DNA of 64,000 nucleotides from an uncultured Gammaproteobacteria bacterium (GCA_964507055.1 CAZDOJ010000001.1:529313-593312), one strand, 5' to 3'. Positions 48,997 to 62,399 are shown, numbered from the stretch's first letter. Numbers and translations: made by a program. The notes: generated by a model from the letters alone, not told the origin.

Positions 48997-49953
48997 CTAA
49001 TTAGTAAATTCCTTTATCAGATTACTTACCTCTTCTGTACTTTCAAAAAGCACTGCATGTCCTGAATTAGGAATAATATGAAGCTTGGAATTTGGAATAA
49101 GCTTTTGGACTTTCTTTGCGTTTCGTACATCTGTGAATTCATCTCGTTCCCCAGTTATGAGTAATGTAGGAGCCACAATATTTTTCAAATTATTGTATCT
49201 TTTATTTTCAGCTGTTTGATCGGCAAAAGCTAATTGCTGTGCAATTTTGGCATTGAGACTTTCTCCCAACCCGTGGGGTACCTCGTTATTTTGCTTAGCG
49301 ATCTTCAATTCATCAAGATATTCATCCTTTTGATCTTGGTCTGCAAACATCATTGGCACATAAAATTCTTCCCAATTTGCCGCAAGATTTTGCTGAACAC
49401 TATCTTGGATTCTTTTAGGTGCTGGATAGATTTCTTTCCCTCCAGGAGTTGTCGAAACTAAAATTAATTTGTTTACTCTATTTGGATAATCTTCAGCGAC
49501 ATTTTGTGCAACAAAACTCCCAAGTGACCAACCAAGGATATCAGCTTTTTCAATCTTTAATGCATCCATAAGGGACACCACATCTTCAGCCATTTGATGC
49601 TGTGTAAGCCCTTGGACATCTCCGTTTGACTGTCCTACACCACGATAATCAAACACGATGATTTTATGCCCCTTGGATAATTCACGAAGTAATTCCGGAT
49701 CCCAATGTTGCATTGTCATTCCAAATCCTGGAATTAAAATAATAGGATCTCCCTCACCGCGAGTGTAGTACGCGATATCCGCTCGCTTGATATGAGCATG
49801 CTCGACATCGACAGTAAATTTAGGTGCTGAATAAACCGTGTAAGCAACAACACTGAAATATGATGCGAATACTATGGAGTAAACAATAATAACAAGATGA
49901 AGTATTGGAAGTCTAAATAGTTTGCGTCGCCAAATACGTAATCTTCTCTTCAT
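48997..49953 (-). CDS. Alpha/beta hydrolase, N-terminal TM anchor
   Basis: GWSLGS nucleophile elbow; HGxG-like ILIPGFGMTMQHW oxyanion region. Confidence 0.65.
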   Translation of the reverse strand: MKRRLRIWRRKLFRLPILHLVIIVYSIVFASYFSVVAYTVYSAPKFTVDVEHAHIKRADIAYYTRGEGDPIILIPGFGMTMQHWDPELLRELSKGHKIIVFDYRGVGQSNGDVQGLTQHQMAEDVVSLMDALKIEKADILGWSLGSFVAQNVAEDYPNRVNKLILVSTTPGGKEIYPAPKRIQDSVQQNLAANWEEFYVPMMFADQDQKDEYLDELKIAKQNNEVPHGLGESLNAKIAQQLAFADQTAENKRYNNLKNIVAPTLLITGERDEFTDVRNAKKVQKLIPNSKLHIIPNSGHAVLFESTEEVSNLIKEFTN

Positions 49954-50039
49954 AAGAACGCATTATAGCATTTCTACATTAGATGACAAATGAGCTTATT
50001 TTTGCTAAAATAGAGGGTACACTAAACGCCAGTAGTACT

Positions 50040-50111
50040 GGCCCCTTCTTCTATCGGTTAGGAAATCGGGCTTTCATCCCGGGAAGACGAGTTCGACTCT
50101 CGTAGGGGTCA
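50040..50111 (+). tRNA. tRNA-Glu (anticodon TTC)
   Basis: Hand fold: acceptor GGCCCCT/AGGGGTC, D-arm TTCT/GGAA, anticodon loop CTTTCAT, T-arm ACGAG-TTCGACT-CTCGT. Confidence 0.8.
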
Positions 50112-50197
50112 CAAGCAAAGACAGCTCCGCAAGGAGCTTTTTTTGTACAAAACTTCCAGTTTGTGTAGTTCGTAGGTGGTATTCATAGCAAAATAGT

Positions 50198-51967
50198 CTA
50201 ATAGATATCGAACTTCTCAAGGAGCTTCTTGTTTCCTTCAACTTGATAGTGAAGGAGTTCTGAATAAATTCCCTTCTTCTGAGACAATGCTTTTGGAGTA
50301 CCGCTTTCGACAATCTTTCCTTCATTTACGACAAGCACTGTATCAACATTTTGTATCGTACTGAATCGATGTGCAATAATGATAACTAATTTATTTTTCA
50401 TCAATTGCTCCAATGCATCTTGTACTTCTTTCTCTGACTTTGCATCAAGACTTGACGTCGCTTCATCAAGGATAAGGATTGGAGCATTCTTAAGAATTGC
50501 ACGAGCAATTTGGATACGCTGCTTTTGTCCACCAGATAATCGTACTCCTCTTTCTCCAACTTCACTTTCGATTTGTTTTGGCAATTTCATCACGAAATCA
50601 TATGCATTTGCGAGTTTTAGAGCTTTAATAACATCTGCATCAGTTGCATTTGGTTGGCCATACGCTACATTTTCTTTAATAGATGTTGAGAAGAGTTCAT
50701 TGTTTTGGAAAACCAATGAGATATTATTTCGGACAAAAGCATGATCAAGTTCTGTGTATTCTTTATCCTTCAGAAGAATCTTACCATTTGTAGGATCATA
50801 GAACTTTAATATCAAATTAATAATCGTAGACTTTCCTGCACCACTATGTCCGACAAGTGCCACAGATTCATTTTTCTTAATTGTGAAGCTCACATCATGC
50901 AGTACTTTATCTGCGTCATTGTAACTGAATCCAACATCTTTGAATGTGATCGTCGGATCTTTAACCTTTTCTTCTTTCGATTTCTTTGTGTAATCTTCTT
51001 TTGATTCCAGATCCAATACTTCCAAATACTCCTTAGATCCTGCTTCTGCCATTTGCAATTGTGTCAAGATAAATGACATCGCAAAAAGTGGGATTCGTGC
51101 TTGATTTACTAATTGGAGGATCAAAACCATCTCTCCAATAGAAAGTCGACCGACGAATGTTTCATAGAACACGATGATGTTGATGATAAACAAGATGATA
51201 TTTAAAGACAAACCTCGGAAAAAATCAAAGATATGGAAGGTCTGACTTTGTCTTGCATAAATTGTATTAATCTCACCAAGATCCTTTGAGGCAGTATCAT
51301 ATTCAAGCTTTTCACTTGTAAAGCTTTTAACCAAACTAATATTGGCGATAACTTCTTGCATACGTCCACGATTACGATCTTCGATAGCATTCTTCAGAAC
51401 TTCTTCTTTACCCCACTTCACGGTGGAATAATAAGAAATCGTTAAATAGACGGGGAACAAAATGAATGTAAAAAATGCGATCGGTAAATTATAGTAAGCT
51501 AAAACGATAATCGTAAAAATACTTTGGACAAATGTCGGAAGGATAAAATTGGTTGCGGTATTGAGAAATCCTTGTGTAGATGTAATACCACGAGAGAGTT
51601 GATTGACTACTTTTCCTGAGATCTCAGAATCGAAATAGGATTGTGGTAAGCGCAAAACTTTATCATAGAACTTCTCAGTCAGGAACTTTCGCATCCGTCC
51701 GGCGAAGTGATCACCAATTCGTTCTGAGACGGAATTGGAAACTAACCCAAGCAGGTTCATCCCAAATGAAATAATAATCAAAGTAATCAACCATTGAACA
51801 TTTCCTTTCCCACCAGAGACTTGTGCCACAATTTCATCCACAATAAACTTCGAGAGGATTGGAGCAATTAAACCCAAAATTGCACCAAACAAGATAAGCA
51901 GAGCTAAAATAACTACCAAATGATGCAATGGTCGTGATATTTTAATAATCTTTGCAAGGTTTTTCAT
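50198..51967 (-). CDS. ABC exporter, fused permease-ATPase (MsbA/multidrug type)
   Basis: Six N-terminal TM helices. Walker A GHSGAGKST. Signature LSGGQKQR. Walker B ILILDEATS. Confidence 0.85.
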   Translation of the reverse strand: MKNLAKIIKISRPLHHLVVILALLILFGAILGLIAPILSKFIVDEIVAQVSGGKGNVQWLITLIIISFGMNLLGLVSNSVSERIGDHFAGRMRKFLTEKFYDKVLRLPQSYFDSEISGKVVNQLSRGITSTQGFLNTATNFILPTFVQSIFTIIVLAYYNLPIAFFTFILFPVYLTISYYSTVKWGKEEVLKNAIEDRNRGRMQEVIANISLVKSFTSEKLEYDTASKDLGEINTIYARQSQTFHIFDFFRGLSLNIILFIINIIVFYETFVGRLSIGEMVLILQLVNQARIPLFAMSFILTQLQMAEAGSKEYLEVLDLESKEDYTKKSKEEKVKDPTITFKDVGFSYNDADKVLHDVSFTIKKNESVALVGHSGAGKSTIINLILKFYDPTNGKILLKDKEYTELDHAFVRNNISLVFQNNELFSTSIKENVAYGQPNATDADVIKALKLANAYDFVMKLPKQIESEVGERGVRLSGGQKQRIQIARAILKNAPILILDEATSSLDAKSEKEVQDALEQLMKNKLVIIIAHRFSTIQNVDTVLVVNEGKIVESGTPKALSQKKGIYSELLHYQVEGNKKLLEKFDIY

Positions 51968-52068
51968 ACCTATCTATTTTACACCAAACCCATTTGTCAT
52001 GCTGAACTTGTTTCAATTGGGATGACATTATTACTTAAAACTTAAACATAAATTGCTATACTATTGTT

Positions 52069-52557
52069 ATGTCCGAAGAAAAATATATTCGCTCCGAACT
52101 TGTTTTCCACCTCACACAAGGACATGCTCATATGTCATTTGTTGACGCAGTCGTCGATTTCCCTGAAGAGCATTACAATACAAAATTTACAAATGGTGAC
52201 TACACATTTTGGCATTTGCTCGAACATATCCGAAGAACGCAAGAAGATATCCTCGATTTTTCGGTAAATAAAGATTATAAAGAACGATCGTGGCCACATG
52301 ACTACTGGCCTGAAAAAGATGCAAGAGCAACTCAAACGGATTGGGAAAGAACCGTACAAGAATTTCTAAGAGATCAAGAAGCATTAAAGAAACATATCGA
52401 AGATCCCAAAACCGATTTATATCAGAAGTTCCCTCATGGGACAGGACAGACACTTTTCCGAGAAATTTGGGTAATCGTCGATCACAACGCCTATCATATC
52501 GGAGAATTTGCAATCATGCGTCAAGTTCTTAATGCTTGGGGCAAAGATCACAAATAA
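52069..52557 (+). CDS. DinB_2 / DinB-YfiT-like four-helix-bundle metalloenzyme family protein
   Basis: His-containing motifs HLLEHIRRTQEDIL and DHNAYHIGEFAIMRQ. Confidence 0.5.
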   Translation: MSEEKYIRSELVFHLTQGHAHMSFVDAVVDFPEEHYNTKFTNGDYTFWHLLEHIRRTQEDILDFSVNKDYKERSWPHDYWPEKDARATQTDWERTVQEFLRDQEALKKHIEDPKTDLYQKFPHGTGQTLFREIWVIVDHNAYHIGEFAIMRQVLNAWGKDHK

Positions 52558-52817
52558 TTTACACTCATCCACAATGACTTATCAAGAAAAGCCTTCAATG
52601 CTTGTTTGGTTTCTTTCGGGCTCTGATACTTTCCCTCATTTTCGACCGTAATAGTTTTTCTTGTGGAAACACGTTCTGTGCCATAAATGACATGCACTTT
52701 AAAACTACCATTAGCTGTACCTAAATCTTTTGAAACTTCTAATGCTTGATCAGGATTAATTGCTTTGTATTGTTTTCTATTTATTGTGAGATATACTTTA
52801 GGCTCTATTTTTTTCAT
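52548..52817 (-). CDS. Hypothetical small protein (89 aa)
   Basis: ORF only. Confidence 0.3.
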   Translation of the reverse strand: MKKIEPKVYLTINRKQYKAINPDQALEVSKDLGTANGSFKVHVIYGTERVSTRKTITVENEGKYQSPKETKQALKAFLDKSLWMSVNYL

Positions 52818-52888
52818 ACCAGCTACCTATTGTAAGGATTTGTGGCTAAATTGCAAGTGGAGAAATATAAGCCTACGAATTAGTGGAT

Positions 52889-53305
52889 TTATACATGACT
52901 TTCGCGTCGTGCGTTAAAAAATGTTTGGAAGAATGAAGGCTTGGATTCTTCTTGATGTTGTTCAACTTCATGAGCATCTTCAACATTTTGTTCACGCTGT
53001 GCTAAAAGTTGTGCATTTTCAGTCTCGAGATTATGAACTTTATCTTGCAACGTATGAATTTCCTGCTGATCTTGAGCAATCTCTTTCTCTTTGCCACGAA
53101 GTTTTTGGTAAGCTTCAATTGCATTCATACCACTAATTATTGATGAAAGAAGGACGCCAAGAACGATTGAGGAAATAATGACAAAGTAAAGTGGGACATT
53201 GGCAATGACATTATTTGCAACCACAAGTGTTACACCAATAGTATTCTGAATTGCAAAGTATGCAACTGCTAAAGCAAATAACATAACGACGATTAAACTT
53301 AACAT
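52889..53305 (-). CDS. LapA-domain (DUF1049)-like small membrane protein with C-terminal coiled coil
   Basis: Two N-terminal TM helices followed by a heptad-rich segment. Confidence 0.4.
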   Translation of the reverse strand: MLSLIVVMLFALAVAYFAIQNTIGVTLVVANNVIANVPLYFVIISSIVLGVLLSSIISGMNAIEAYQKLRGKEKEIAQDQQEIHTLQDKVHNLETENAQLLAQREQNVEDAHEVEQHQEESKPSFFQTFFNARRESHV

Positions 53306-53369
53306 ATATCTATAATAACGGTTGGGATTGAGAACGAAGTAAAGAGTCTGTAAGTGTCGTGCAAGAAGC

Positions 53370-54332
53370 TTAGAGATTTGCTTTATATTGTGTAAGTATC
53401 TGTATTAATTCTTCAATTTTCTTAGTCTCCATTAGTTTGGCACGGAGGTTGGAAGAGTCTGGGAAGTTACTGATATAGGTTTTGGCAAACTTCTTGAGAT
53501 TGGCAAAATTCCTTTCTCCACCCCAAGTTTTAATGAAAATATCGATGTGATGAAGAAACAGATCAATTCTTTGTAAAACGATTATATCTTCCATTTTTAT
53601 ATCAGGATTGAACATCCAAGGATTTGCAAATATTCCTCGACCTACCATATAGCCATCTGCTTTATATTGATCGTACTTCTCATGAATTTCTTCAACTGAG
53701 GTAATATCACCATTTCCAATAAGTATTGTGTCTGGTGCAATTGTATCTCGCATTTTTTTAATTTCTGGCATATATTCCCAATGTGCTGGAACCTTAGACA
53801 TCTCACGTACTGTTCGCAAATGGACAGTCAACGCAGCTATTTTTTGTTGGAGTAAAAAAGTAATCCACTCTTCTTTTTGATCATGATCAAAACCTACACG
53901 AGTTTTGACACTGACAGGTAAATCGCCTGCTCCCTTTTTTGTTGCTGCAATGATTTCTCCAGCGAGACTGGGATTCTTAATCAAAGCAGAACAAGCTCCG
54001 CCTTTAATGACCGTCCTATCAGGGCATCCCATATTGATATCAATACCATCAAAGCCCATTTCAACTAATTCAAGTGCCGTTCGATAGAAGAAATCAGGTT
54101 TTGTTCCCCAGATCTGGGCAATAATCGGTCGCTGTTCGGGAAGATATTGAAGATTTTCGAGAACTTTTGCCCGACCATGAGAGAGCAAACCTTCAGTCAT
54201 GGTAAATTCAGTAAATAACACATCTGGCTTTCCTATCTCAGAAATAACCTGGCGAAACACAACATCAGTGACACCATCAAGAGGTGCAAGAACAGTAAAT
54301 GGTTTGGGTAACGTGTCCCAAGCAAATTTCAT
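53370..54332 (-). CDS. dus: tRNA-dihydrouridine synthase
   Basis: LAPLDGVTDVVFR ... INMGCP FMN-binding TIM-barrel motifs. Confidence 0.8.
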   Translation of the reverse strand: MKFAWDTLPKPFTVLAPLDGVTDVVFRQVISEIGKPDVLFTEFTMTEGLLSHGRAKVLENLQYLPEQRPIIAQIWGTKPDFFYRTALELVEMGFDGIDINMGCPDRTVIKGGACSALIKNPSLAGEIIAATKKGAGDLPVSVKTRVGFDHDQKEEWITFLLQQKIAALTVHLRTVREMSKVPAHWEYMPEIKKMRDTIAPDTILIGNGDITSVEEIHEKYDQYKADGYMVGRGIFANPWMFNPDIKMEDIIVLQRIDLFLHHIDIFIKTWGGERNFANLKKFAKTYISNFPDSSNLRAKLMETKKIEELIQILTQYKANL

Positions 54333-54394
54333 AGACCTATATTTTACTACAAATATTTTTCTTCGTCATCCTCTCGAAGGCGGGAATGATGGGG

Positions 54395-55489
54395 CTATTT
54401 AGCTTCGCTTCCAATGGTAACAATAACATCTGTCGCTTGAGAAGCTGGTGCAGGTGCAGATACGACCTTTACGACAAAGTCTTTTTCAAGCTCTACTTTA
54501 AGCTTATCGATATATGCTTGTTCGACGTCTTTCTTTGCTGTAATTTCAGTTTCGGTAAAGTCACTCTTTGCGGCATTGCCAGTTGTACCAATTTTAAATC
54601 CAGCTGTCGTCAATGAAGTCTTAACTTCAGCTGCTTTACCTTTAATGCCACTACCATTAAGGACTGAAACTGTATATGCAGAAAGATCTACTGGCTTTTC
54701 TGTCGGAGCAACAGTTGGAGAAACCATAGCAGTTGTTGGAGCAACGGTTGGCTGTGACACTGTTTGCTGGACACTCTTGCCTATTTCAGAAACAAATGGA
54801 AGTTCTTTCGGAATTGAAACTCCTGGAAGAATTCCAGAACTAAGTACCGCCATTGCACCAAGGCCGAGAATAAATGAGAAGAGTGCAATAACTAAGAAAT
54901 ATACGAGGAAATGACGTTTTTTGCCACCTGGTTCACTCGTATCATCGCCATCTTCCTGAATACTAAAAGCACTTGGTGGTGGTGTCGGAGAAAGCTCCTG
55001 ATCATTACTACTTAATTCTGAACCTTCCAGCTTTGATTCTGTTTCAGGTTCAACCACTGGAGAGAGAACATCAGTTGTACTGGATTCAGATGCTTTATCG
55101 TCTTCTGCTTTATCGTCAACAACTTTGGTTGCTTCGGTATCTATCACAAAATTATCTGCAGAAATAACATCTTCTTCTTTCTCTTTTTCTTCAGGAGTTT
55201 CAGGTTTATCGCTTAACGCGGGCTCTTCAGTTGAAGGAGTGGCTGATAAATCAGATGAAAGTTCTTTTTCACTTTCCTCAAGAGCGATTACTTTCTTTGC
55301 AGCTTCAGTAGGCTCATCTGAATCAGAAATTACTTTTGGTTCTTCAACCTTTTTTGGCTCTTCTTTTTCTTTTGGTTTTTCTTCCACAGGAGCCACAACC
55401 TTTTCTTCTTCGGTAGCTTTTGGTTTTACCTCTTCTTCTTTTTTAGGTTTACCAAATGTAATTGATTTTGCTCGTTTTCGTGTCTGCAT
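54395..55489 (-). CDS. LytR_C-domain membrane protein with long acidic Lys/Glu-rich N-terminal region
   Basis: C-terminal VSVLNGSGIKGKAAEV...GNAAKSDF pattern. Central TM. Confidence 0.55.
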   Translation of the reverse strand: MQTRKRAKSITFGKPKKEEEVKPKATEEEKVVAPVEEKPKEKEEPKKVEEPKVISDSDEPTEAAKKVIALEESEKELSSDLSATPSTEEPALSDKPETPEEKEKEEDVISADNFVIDTEATKVVDDKAEDDKASESSTTDVLSPVVEPETESKLEGSELSSNDQELSPTPPPSAFSIQEDGDDTSEPGGKKRHFLVYFLVIALFSFILGLGAMAVLSSGILPGVSIPKELPFVSEIGKSVQQTVSQPTVAPTTAMVSPTVAPTEKPVDLSAYTVSVLNGSGIKGKAAEVKTSLTTAGFKIGTTGNAAKSDFTETEITAKKDVEQAYIDKLKVELEKDFVVKVVSAPAPASQATDVIVTIGSEAK

Positions 55490-55551
55490 ATTTATTAACC
55501 TACTTTAATTAAAAAGCATCTAAATGCGTTTGTCAATCGAAAATTTTGAGG

Positions 55552-56139
55552 CTACTTAGCCAAACTATTTCTGATCCTTATTGCCGAGTAATAGATTGGA
55601 TCTCTGAACAAAAAGTAAAAGAAATTACAGAATAATCCAAAAAGGACTGTTAAACCAAGTAATTCTACTGATGTAAGTAAAGTTATAATTGCTTGTATAA
55701 CTCTTTCTGTATTGGCAAACACATCCCAAGAATTAACACGTTCCACTCTTCCCAAAACAATACCGAAAGCAATCATGAAATTAAAGAGAATAATTGCCCA
55801 AACTTTTCTTTCTTTTGTATACTTCAACCAACTTAAGATATGCTCAAATGGACGGAATCCCAAAATGAATGAAACAAATCCAAACATTTGCAAAATAGCA
55901 AATTGTAAAACTACAATTCCCCTTTCAATCCCTGCAACCTTTCCCCATTGGTGGATGAGATGAATCATATCTGTAAGCAAATATATTGAATTGGGTAAAA
56001 AGAGCAGCCATAAAATACCGGTAATAATCTTGAATGGTTTGTTTCTTGTTCGGATGGAGAAGTACGCAAAAACTACTGGGAGGATTGCGAGAAAAATGTT
56101 AAACGCCATCCACGAAATATTAAAAAGGATAATGGGCAT
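55552..56139 (-). CDS. DUF1361-like integral membrane protein
   Basis: About 195 aa with 5-6 TM helices and an NSW motif. Confidence 0.4.
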   Translation of the reverse strand: MPIILFNISWMAFNIFLAILPVVFAYFSIRTRNKPFKIITGILWLLFLPNSIYLLTDMIHLIHQWGKVAGIERGIVVLQFAILQMFGFVSFILGFRPFEHILSWLKYTKERKVWAIILFNFMIAFGIVLGRVERVNSWDVFANTERVIQAIITLLTSVELLGLTVLFGLFCNFFYFLFRDPIYYSAIRIRNSLAK

Positions 56140-56215
56140 TAACCCATTCTAACGATTACACGAAGTAAGGTCAAACCTTGCACCACAATATCTATTCGTT
56201 TATAATCAAGCTCTA

Positions 56216-58421
<2,206 letters not shown>

Positions 58422-58423
58422 AT

Positions 58424-59038
58424 TTACTCTCCAAATTGCTTTGCAAGATCTTCAGGAATTTTCACAGGTGGATCAATCACTTTCAGCATATCTTCAATAG
58501 ATCTTTTTAATACCGAGGCATACCCTTGTTGTGTTGCAGGATCTTCTGGACTCAATGCAGGAACATAATCTCGCTCCCCTTCTTCGCTTAATACGCCAGT
58601 TGCCTTATAAAATTCATCACTATTTATCTCGGCATCATCATTTGATAAATCATCATTAAGAGGATAATCCATATCATATACCCTTCTTCCTGATGCTGTG
58701 GACCTTGAAATTATAATTGCATCACTGTCTGCATACGCTTCAAACGTATCTTCACTTCCAGGGATTTTTGTATCAATTACTTGTGTTTTCAATTTATCTC
58801 CGCTAGGATGGACAACCTCTTCAGTTCTACCACGAAATTGGATAGCTGTCTTTAAAGCATCACCCAACCCAACAATAGACCGTTCAAGTTGGTACTGGTC
58901 AGCAATTGTATCAAAAGGAGTTCTCATGAAAGCCGTAAGCCTTTTATGTGCTTTATCAAATTCTGCAGCTGATTTAAATTCAGCTGGACTAAACGCATTG
59001 GTTTCACTCATACACCAATTATACCAGACACATTCCAT
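58424..59038 (-). CDS. Hypothetical acidic protein
   Basis: ORF only. Confidence 0.3.
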   Translation of the reverse strand: MECVWYNWCMSETNAFSPAEFKSAAEFDKAHKRLTAFMRTPFDTIADQYQLERSIVGLGDALKTAIQFRGRTEEVVHPSGDKLKTQVIDTKIPGSEDTFEAYADSDAIIISRSTASGRRVYDMDYPLNDDLSNDDAEINSDEFYKATGVLSEEGERDYVPALSPEDPATQQGYASVLKRSIEDMLKVIDPPVKIPEDLAKQFGE

Positions 59039-59079
59039 ATGAGTTTGAACCTCACGATCCTATTGGGTATAATAAGATA

Positions 59080-60231
59080 ATGTCCAAATGGTTCCTGGGG
59101 GTTATCACATCTATTCTGTTACTCCTCTCTCTTCCAATCCAGACAGCAACCGCCGCAGAAAATCCTGTTGCTGTTGCCAATAATAAAGTCGGAATTCATA
59201 TCCTTTCCGGCCTTGAATTGCCGCAGGCTGCTGAACTCGTAAATAGTAAAGGCGGTGACTGGGGTTATGTTATCGTGCCTATTCAAGCTGGAGATAAAGA
59301 CCTTATCAAATGGCAAAAATTCATGGATGATTGTAAAAAATATCGTGTTATTCCGGTCATCCGTTTGGCAACAGAGGGCGATTATTTTAATACCGCAGTT
59401 TGGAGAGAGCCTACCCCATCAGATGTCATCGATTTTGCTAACTTTTTAAACTCACTTGATTGGCCAACAAAGAATAGATATATCGTTGTATTTAATGAAG
59501 TCAATAGAGGTGACGAATGGGGCGGCGAAGCAAATCCAAAAGAATATGCTGAATTGCTGAGTTTTTCAATCAGCGTCTTTAAATCAAAAACTCCAGACTT
59601 CTTTATGATTAGTGCTGGTATGGATAATGCTGCACCAGAGGAAGGAACAAAATATATGAATCAGTACAATTACTTGAAAAGGATGAATGATGCGGTTCCT
59701 GGCATATTTAATCAATTGGATGGGATGAGTAGCCATTCGTATCCAAATCCTGGATTTTCTCAACCACCTGAGGATAAAAGCCAAACAGGTATCTCAAGTT
59801 TTGTTTATGAAAGAACCCTTATAAAAAGCATGAGTAATAAACTTTTACCGGTATTTATTACTGAAACAGGTTGGGTTGCAGATAAAGTAAATGATGAACA
59901 GCGTGCAGATTACTATAAAAAAGCCTTTGCAACAGCATGGAATGACCCTGGCGTGGTTGCCGTAATGCCATTCTTATTGCAGGCTGGAGCAGGACCATTC
60001 GAGAAGTTTACATTTATTAAAGGTAACGGTGAAAAAACAAAACAATATCAGGTAATCCAAGATATGCCAAAAGTAAAAGGCGTACCAAGCTATCCAACTC
60101 GTCGTGTACTCGCAGCAAAAACAAGTCGTGAAGCTGAAATGAAAGATTTTTCTCACTATGAAACATTTCAGCGATCTTTCTCACTCAGTGCAGTCCTACA
60201 AGATGTCTTTAATTATTTAGTCAATAAATAA
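59080..60231 (+). CDS. Secreted TIM-barrel glycoside-hydrolase-like protein
   Basis: Signal peptide. Candidate catalytic acid VVFNEVNRGDEW and nucleophile ITETGW. Confidence 0.45.
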   Translation: MSKWFLGVITSILLLLSLPIQTATAAENPVAVANNKVGIHILSGLELPQAAELVNSKGGDWGYVIVPIQAGDKDLIKWQKFMDDCKKYRVIPVIRLATEGDYFNTAVWREPTPSDVIDFANFLNSLDWPTKNRYIVVFNEVNRGDEWGGEANPKEYAELLSFSISVFKSKTPDFFMISAGMDNAAPEEGTKYMNQYNYLKRMNDAVPGIFNQLDGMSSHSYPNPGFSQPPEDKSQTGISSFVYERTLIKSMSNKLLPVFITETGWVADKVNDEQRADYYKKAFATAWNDPGVVAVMPFLLQAGAGPFEKFTFIKGNGEKTKQYQVIQDMPKVKGVPSYPTRRVLAAKTSREAEMKDFSHYETFQRSFSLSAVLQDVFNYLVNK

Positions 60232-60269
60232 GAGTTGCAAAGCATCACGAGAAAGTTGTATAAAACACT

Positions 60270-60962
60270 ATGCTTACTATTATCCACGGAGCTGACACTG
60301 CTGCTTCACGAAAATATTTCCTCGATCAAAAAGAACCCTACTCCGATGCTGTTTTACTTGATGCAGATAAAGTAAATCTCACAGATCTTACACAAATTTT
60401 TGAGGGTGGAGGTTTATTTGGAGAAAGCAAATTCCTTTTTATCGAGCAATTAATCACTAAAAAGAAAAAGGCAGCGGACTTTAAAGAGTTAGTCGAATAT
60501 CTAGAAAAGAATGCAGACGAACATACAATCTTTCTATGGGAAAGTAAAGAACTCGAAATTGGGACGCTGAAGGCATTTAAGAAAGCTGCACAAAGACCAT
60601 TTAAACTTCCACAGACACTTTTTCTGCTTTTAGATAGTTTGAGACCTGGCAATGGAGAAACTCTTGTGAAACTCTTTCATCAAACCATAGATTCTGCGGA
60701 AACAGAAATGGTGTTCTTCATGCTTATTCGACAATATAGACTCCTTCTTGCCTTGTCAGAAACTTCCGAAAATGAGATTGAGGAAATTAAAAGAATGGCA
60801 CCATGGCAACGAACAAAGTTAGAGAAGCAAGCGAAGCTCTTCACACGTGATGATTTAAAAACTATCTATCATAAGCTCTATGCTATTGAACATGGTCAAA
60901 AGACAGGCGGACTTAACTCTTCGTTAAGCACTGCAATTGACTTTTTGTTGCTTGAGATCTAA
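60270..60962 (+). CDS. holA: Possible short DNA polymerase III delta subunit
   Basis: N-terminal IIHGAD... resemblance; 230 aa. Confidence 0.35.
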   Translation: MLTIIHGADTAASRKYFLDQKEPYSDAVLLDADKVNLTDLTQIFEGGGLFGESKFLFIEQLITKKKKAADFKELVEYLEKNADEHTIFLWESKELEIGTLKAFKKAAQRPFKLPQTLFLLLDSLRPGNGETLVKLFHQTIDSAETEMVFFMLIRQYRLLLALSETSENEIEEIKRMAPWQRTKLEKQAKLFTRDDLKTIYHKLYAIEHGQKTGGLNSSLSTAIDFLLLEI

Positions 60963-60963
60963 A

Positions 60964-62388
60964 ATGGGAGTTATTGTTCGGATGTTATCTGAACAAATGC
61001 ATATGGCTGATATCGATTCAAAAATCTTCAAAGCATACGACATCCGAGGAATCTACCCTGAACAGCTTAATGAGACAAATATCGTCGATATTGTTCGTGC
61101 AATTTATAAATTCTTCCATGATAGTATTGGCAAAGAACAGCCAACGATAGTGCTTGCGTACGACATGCGTTTATCAGGTCCACAACTTTATGCAGCTGCA
61201 AAGAAAACTTTAGTTGAAATGGGTGCAAAAGTTATCGATGCTGGACAGCTCTCAACTCCGTCTTTTTACTTTACTGTCTATCATTATGCATACGATTGCG
61301 GTATTCAAATCACTGCATCGCATAATCCAAAAGAATACAACGGTTTGAAATTTGTTCGATACACTCCACAAGGGCTTATTAAGATTGGAAAATCTACAGG
61401 CATGGAAGATATTAAAACAATGTCTATTCAAGGAGTCGAACTTACACCAACAACACCAGGTTCTATTGAACAAAAAACTGGAATCCTTGAAGATGAAGTA
61501 GCGAACGCTCTGAAGATATTTGAGAATCCTGAAATTAAAAAATTCAAAATTGTCGCAGATCCAGCAAATGCTATGGGAGCACAATATATTGGTGCGTTAT
61601 TTGATAAAGTTCCTGCAGATCTAATCAAAATGAACTTTGAGTTGGATGGAAGCTTCCCAGCACATCAACCTGATCCGCTTGATTTTAATAATTTGAAAGA
61701 TCTACAAGCTCGTGTCCTCTCTGAAGGAGCGGATTTGGGATTGGCACCAGATGGTGATGGAGATAGACTATACTTTGTTGATGAGAAAGGACAGATTATT
61801 CCTGCAACAATTATTACAGCACTTGTCGCACGTGAAGTATTGAAAGATAACCCTGGAGCAACAATTTATGTCGATATCCGTTACGTTTTTGGTTCATCTA
61901 AGATCATTGAAGAAAATGGTGGAAAAGTTGAAATTACAAAGGTAGGTCATGCGTATATTACTGAAGCTATGAACAAAACTGGAGGACCATTTGCAGGAGA
62001 ATCTTCCGGACATTTCTATTTTAAATCCTCAGGCAATGGTGAATCACAGATAGCAACACTTGTCAGTGTCTTAAAAGTTCTTACACGGTCAGGCAAACCA
62101 CTTTCAGAAGTAGTAAAAGAACTCCAACGAAGTTATGAATCAGGTGAATTAAACTTTAAAGTAAGTAATGCTGCAGAAATCCTTGAAGCATTAAAGCAAA
62201 AATATGCAGATGGGCAACTTGAAACTATGGATGGAGTTTCTATCACCTATCCTACTTGGAGAGTAAACGTCAGAACATCAAATACCGAACCATTACTCAG
62301 GCTAAATTTAGAAAGTTATGAAAAAGAAGTAATGCAAGAAAAATTTGAGGAAGTAAAAAGCCTTATCCAATCCCTTGCGAAAGAGTGA
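60964..62388 (+). CDS. Phosphomannomutase/phosphoglucomutase
   Basis: Active-site TASHNPKEYNGLK. Mg loop DGDGDR. Likely start ATG 60964. Confidence 0.85.
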   Translation: MGVIVRMLSEQMHMADIDSKIFKAYDIRGIYPEQLNETNIVDIVRAIYKFFHDSIGKEQPTIVLAYDMRLSGPQLYAAAKKTLVEMGAKVIDAGQLSTPSFYFTVYHYAYDCGIQITASHNPKEYNGLKFVRYTPQGLIKIGKSTGMEDIKTMSIQGVELTPTTPGSIEQKTGILEDEVANALKIFENPEIKKFKIVADPANAMGAQYIGALFDKVPADLIKMNFELDGSFPAHQPDPLDFNNLKDLQARVLSEGADLGLAPDGDGDRLYFVDEKGQIIPATIITALVAREVLKDNPGATIYVDIRYVFGSSKIIEENGGKVEITKVGHAYITEAMNKTGGPFAGESSGHFYFKSSGNGESQIATLVSVLKVLTRSGKPLSEVVKELQRSYESGELNFKVSNAAEILEALKQKYADGQLETMDGVSITYPTWRVNVRTSNTEPLLRLNLESYEKEVMQEKFEEVKSLIQSLAKE

Positions 62389-62399
62389 TATAATACCTT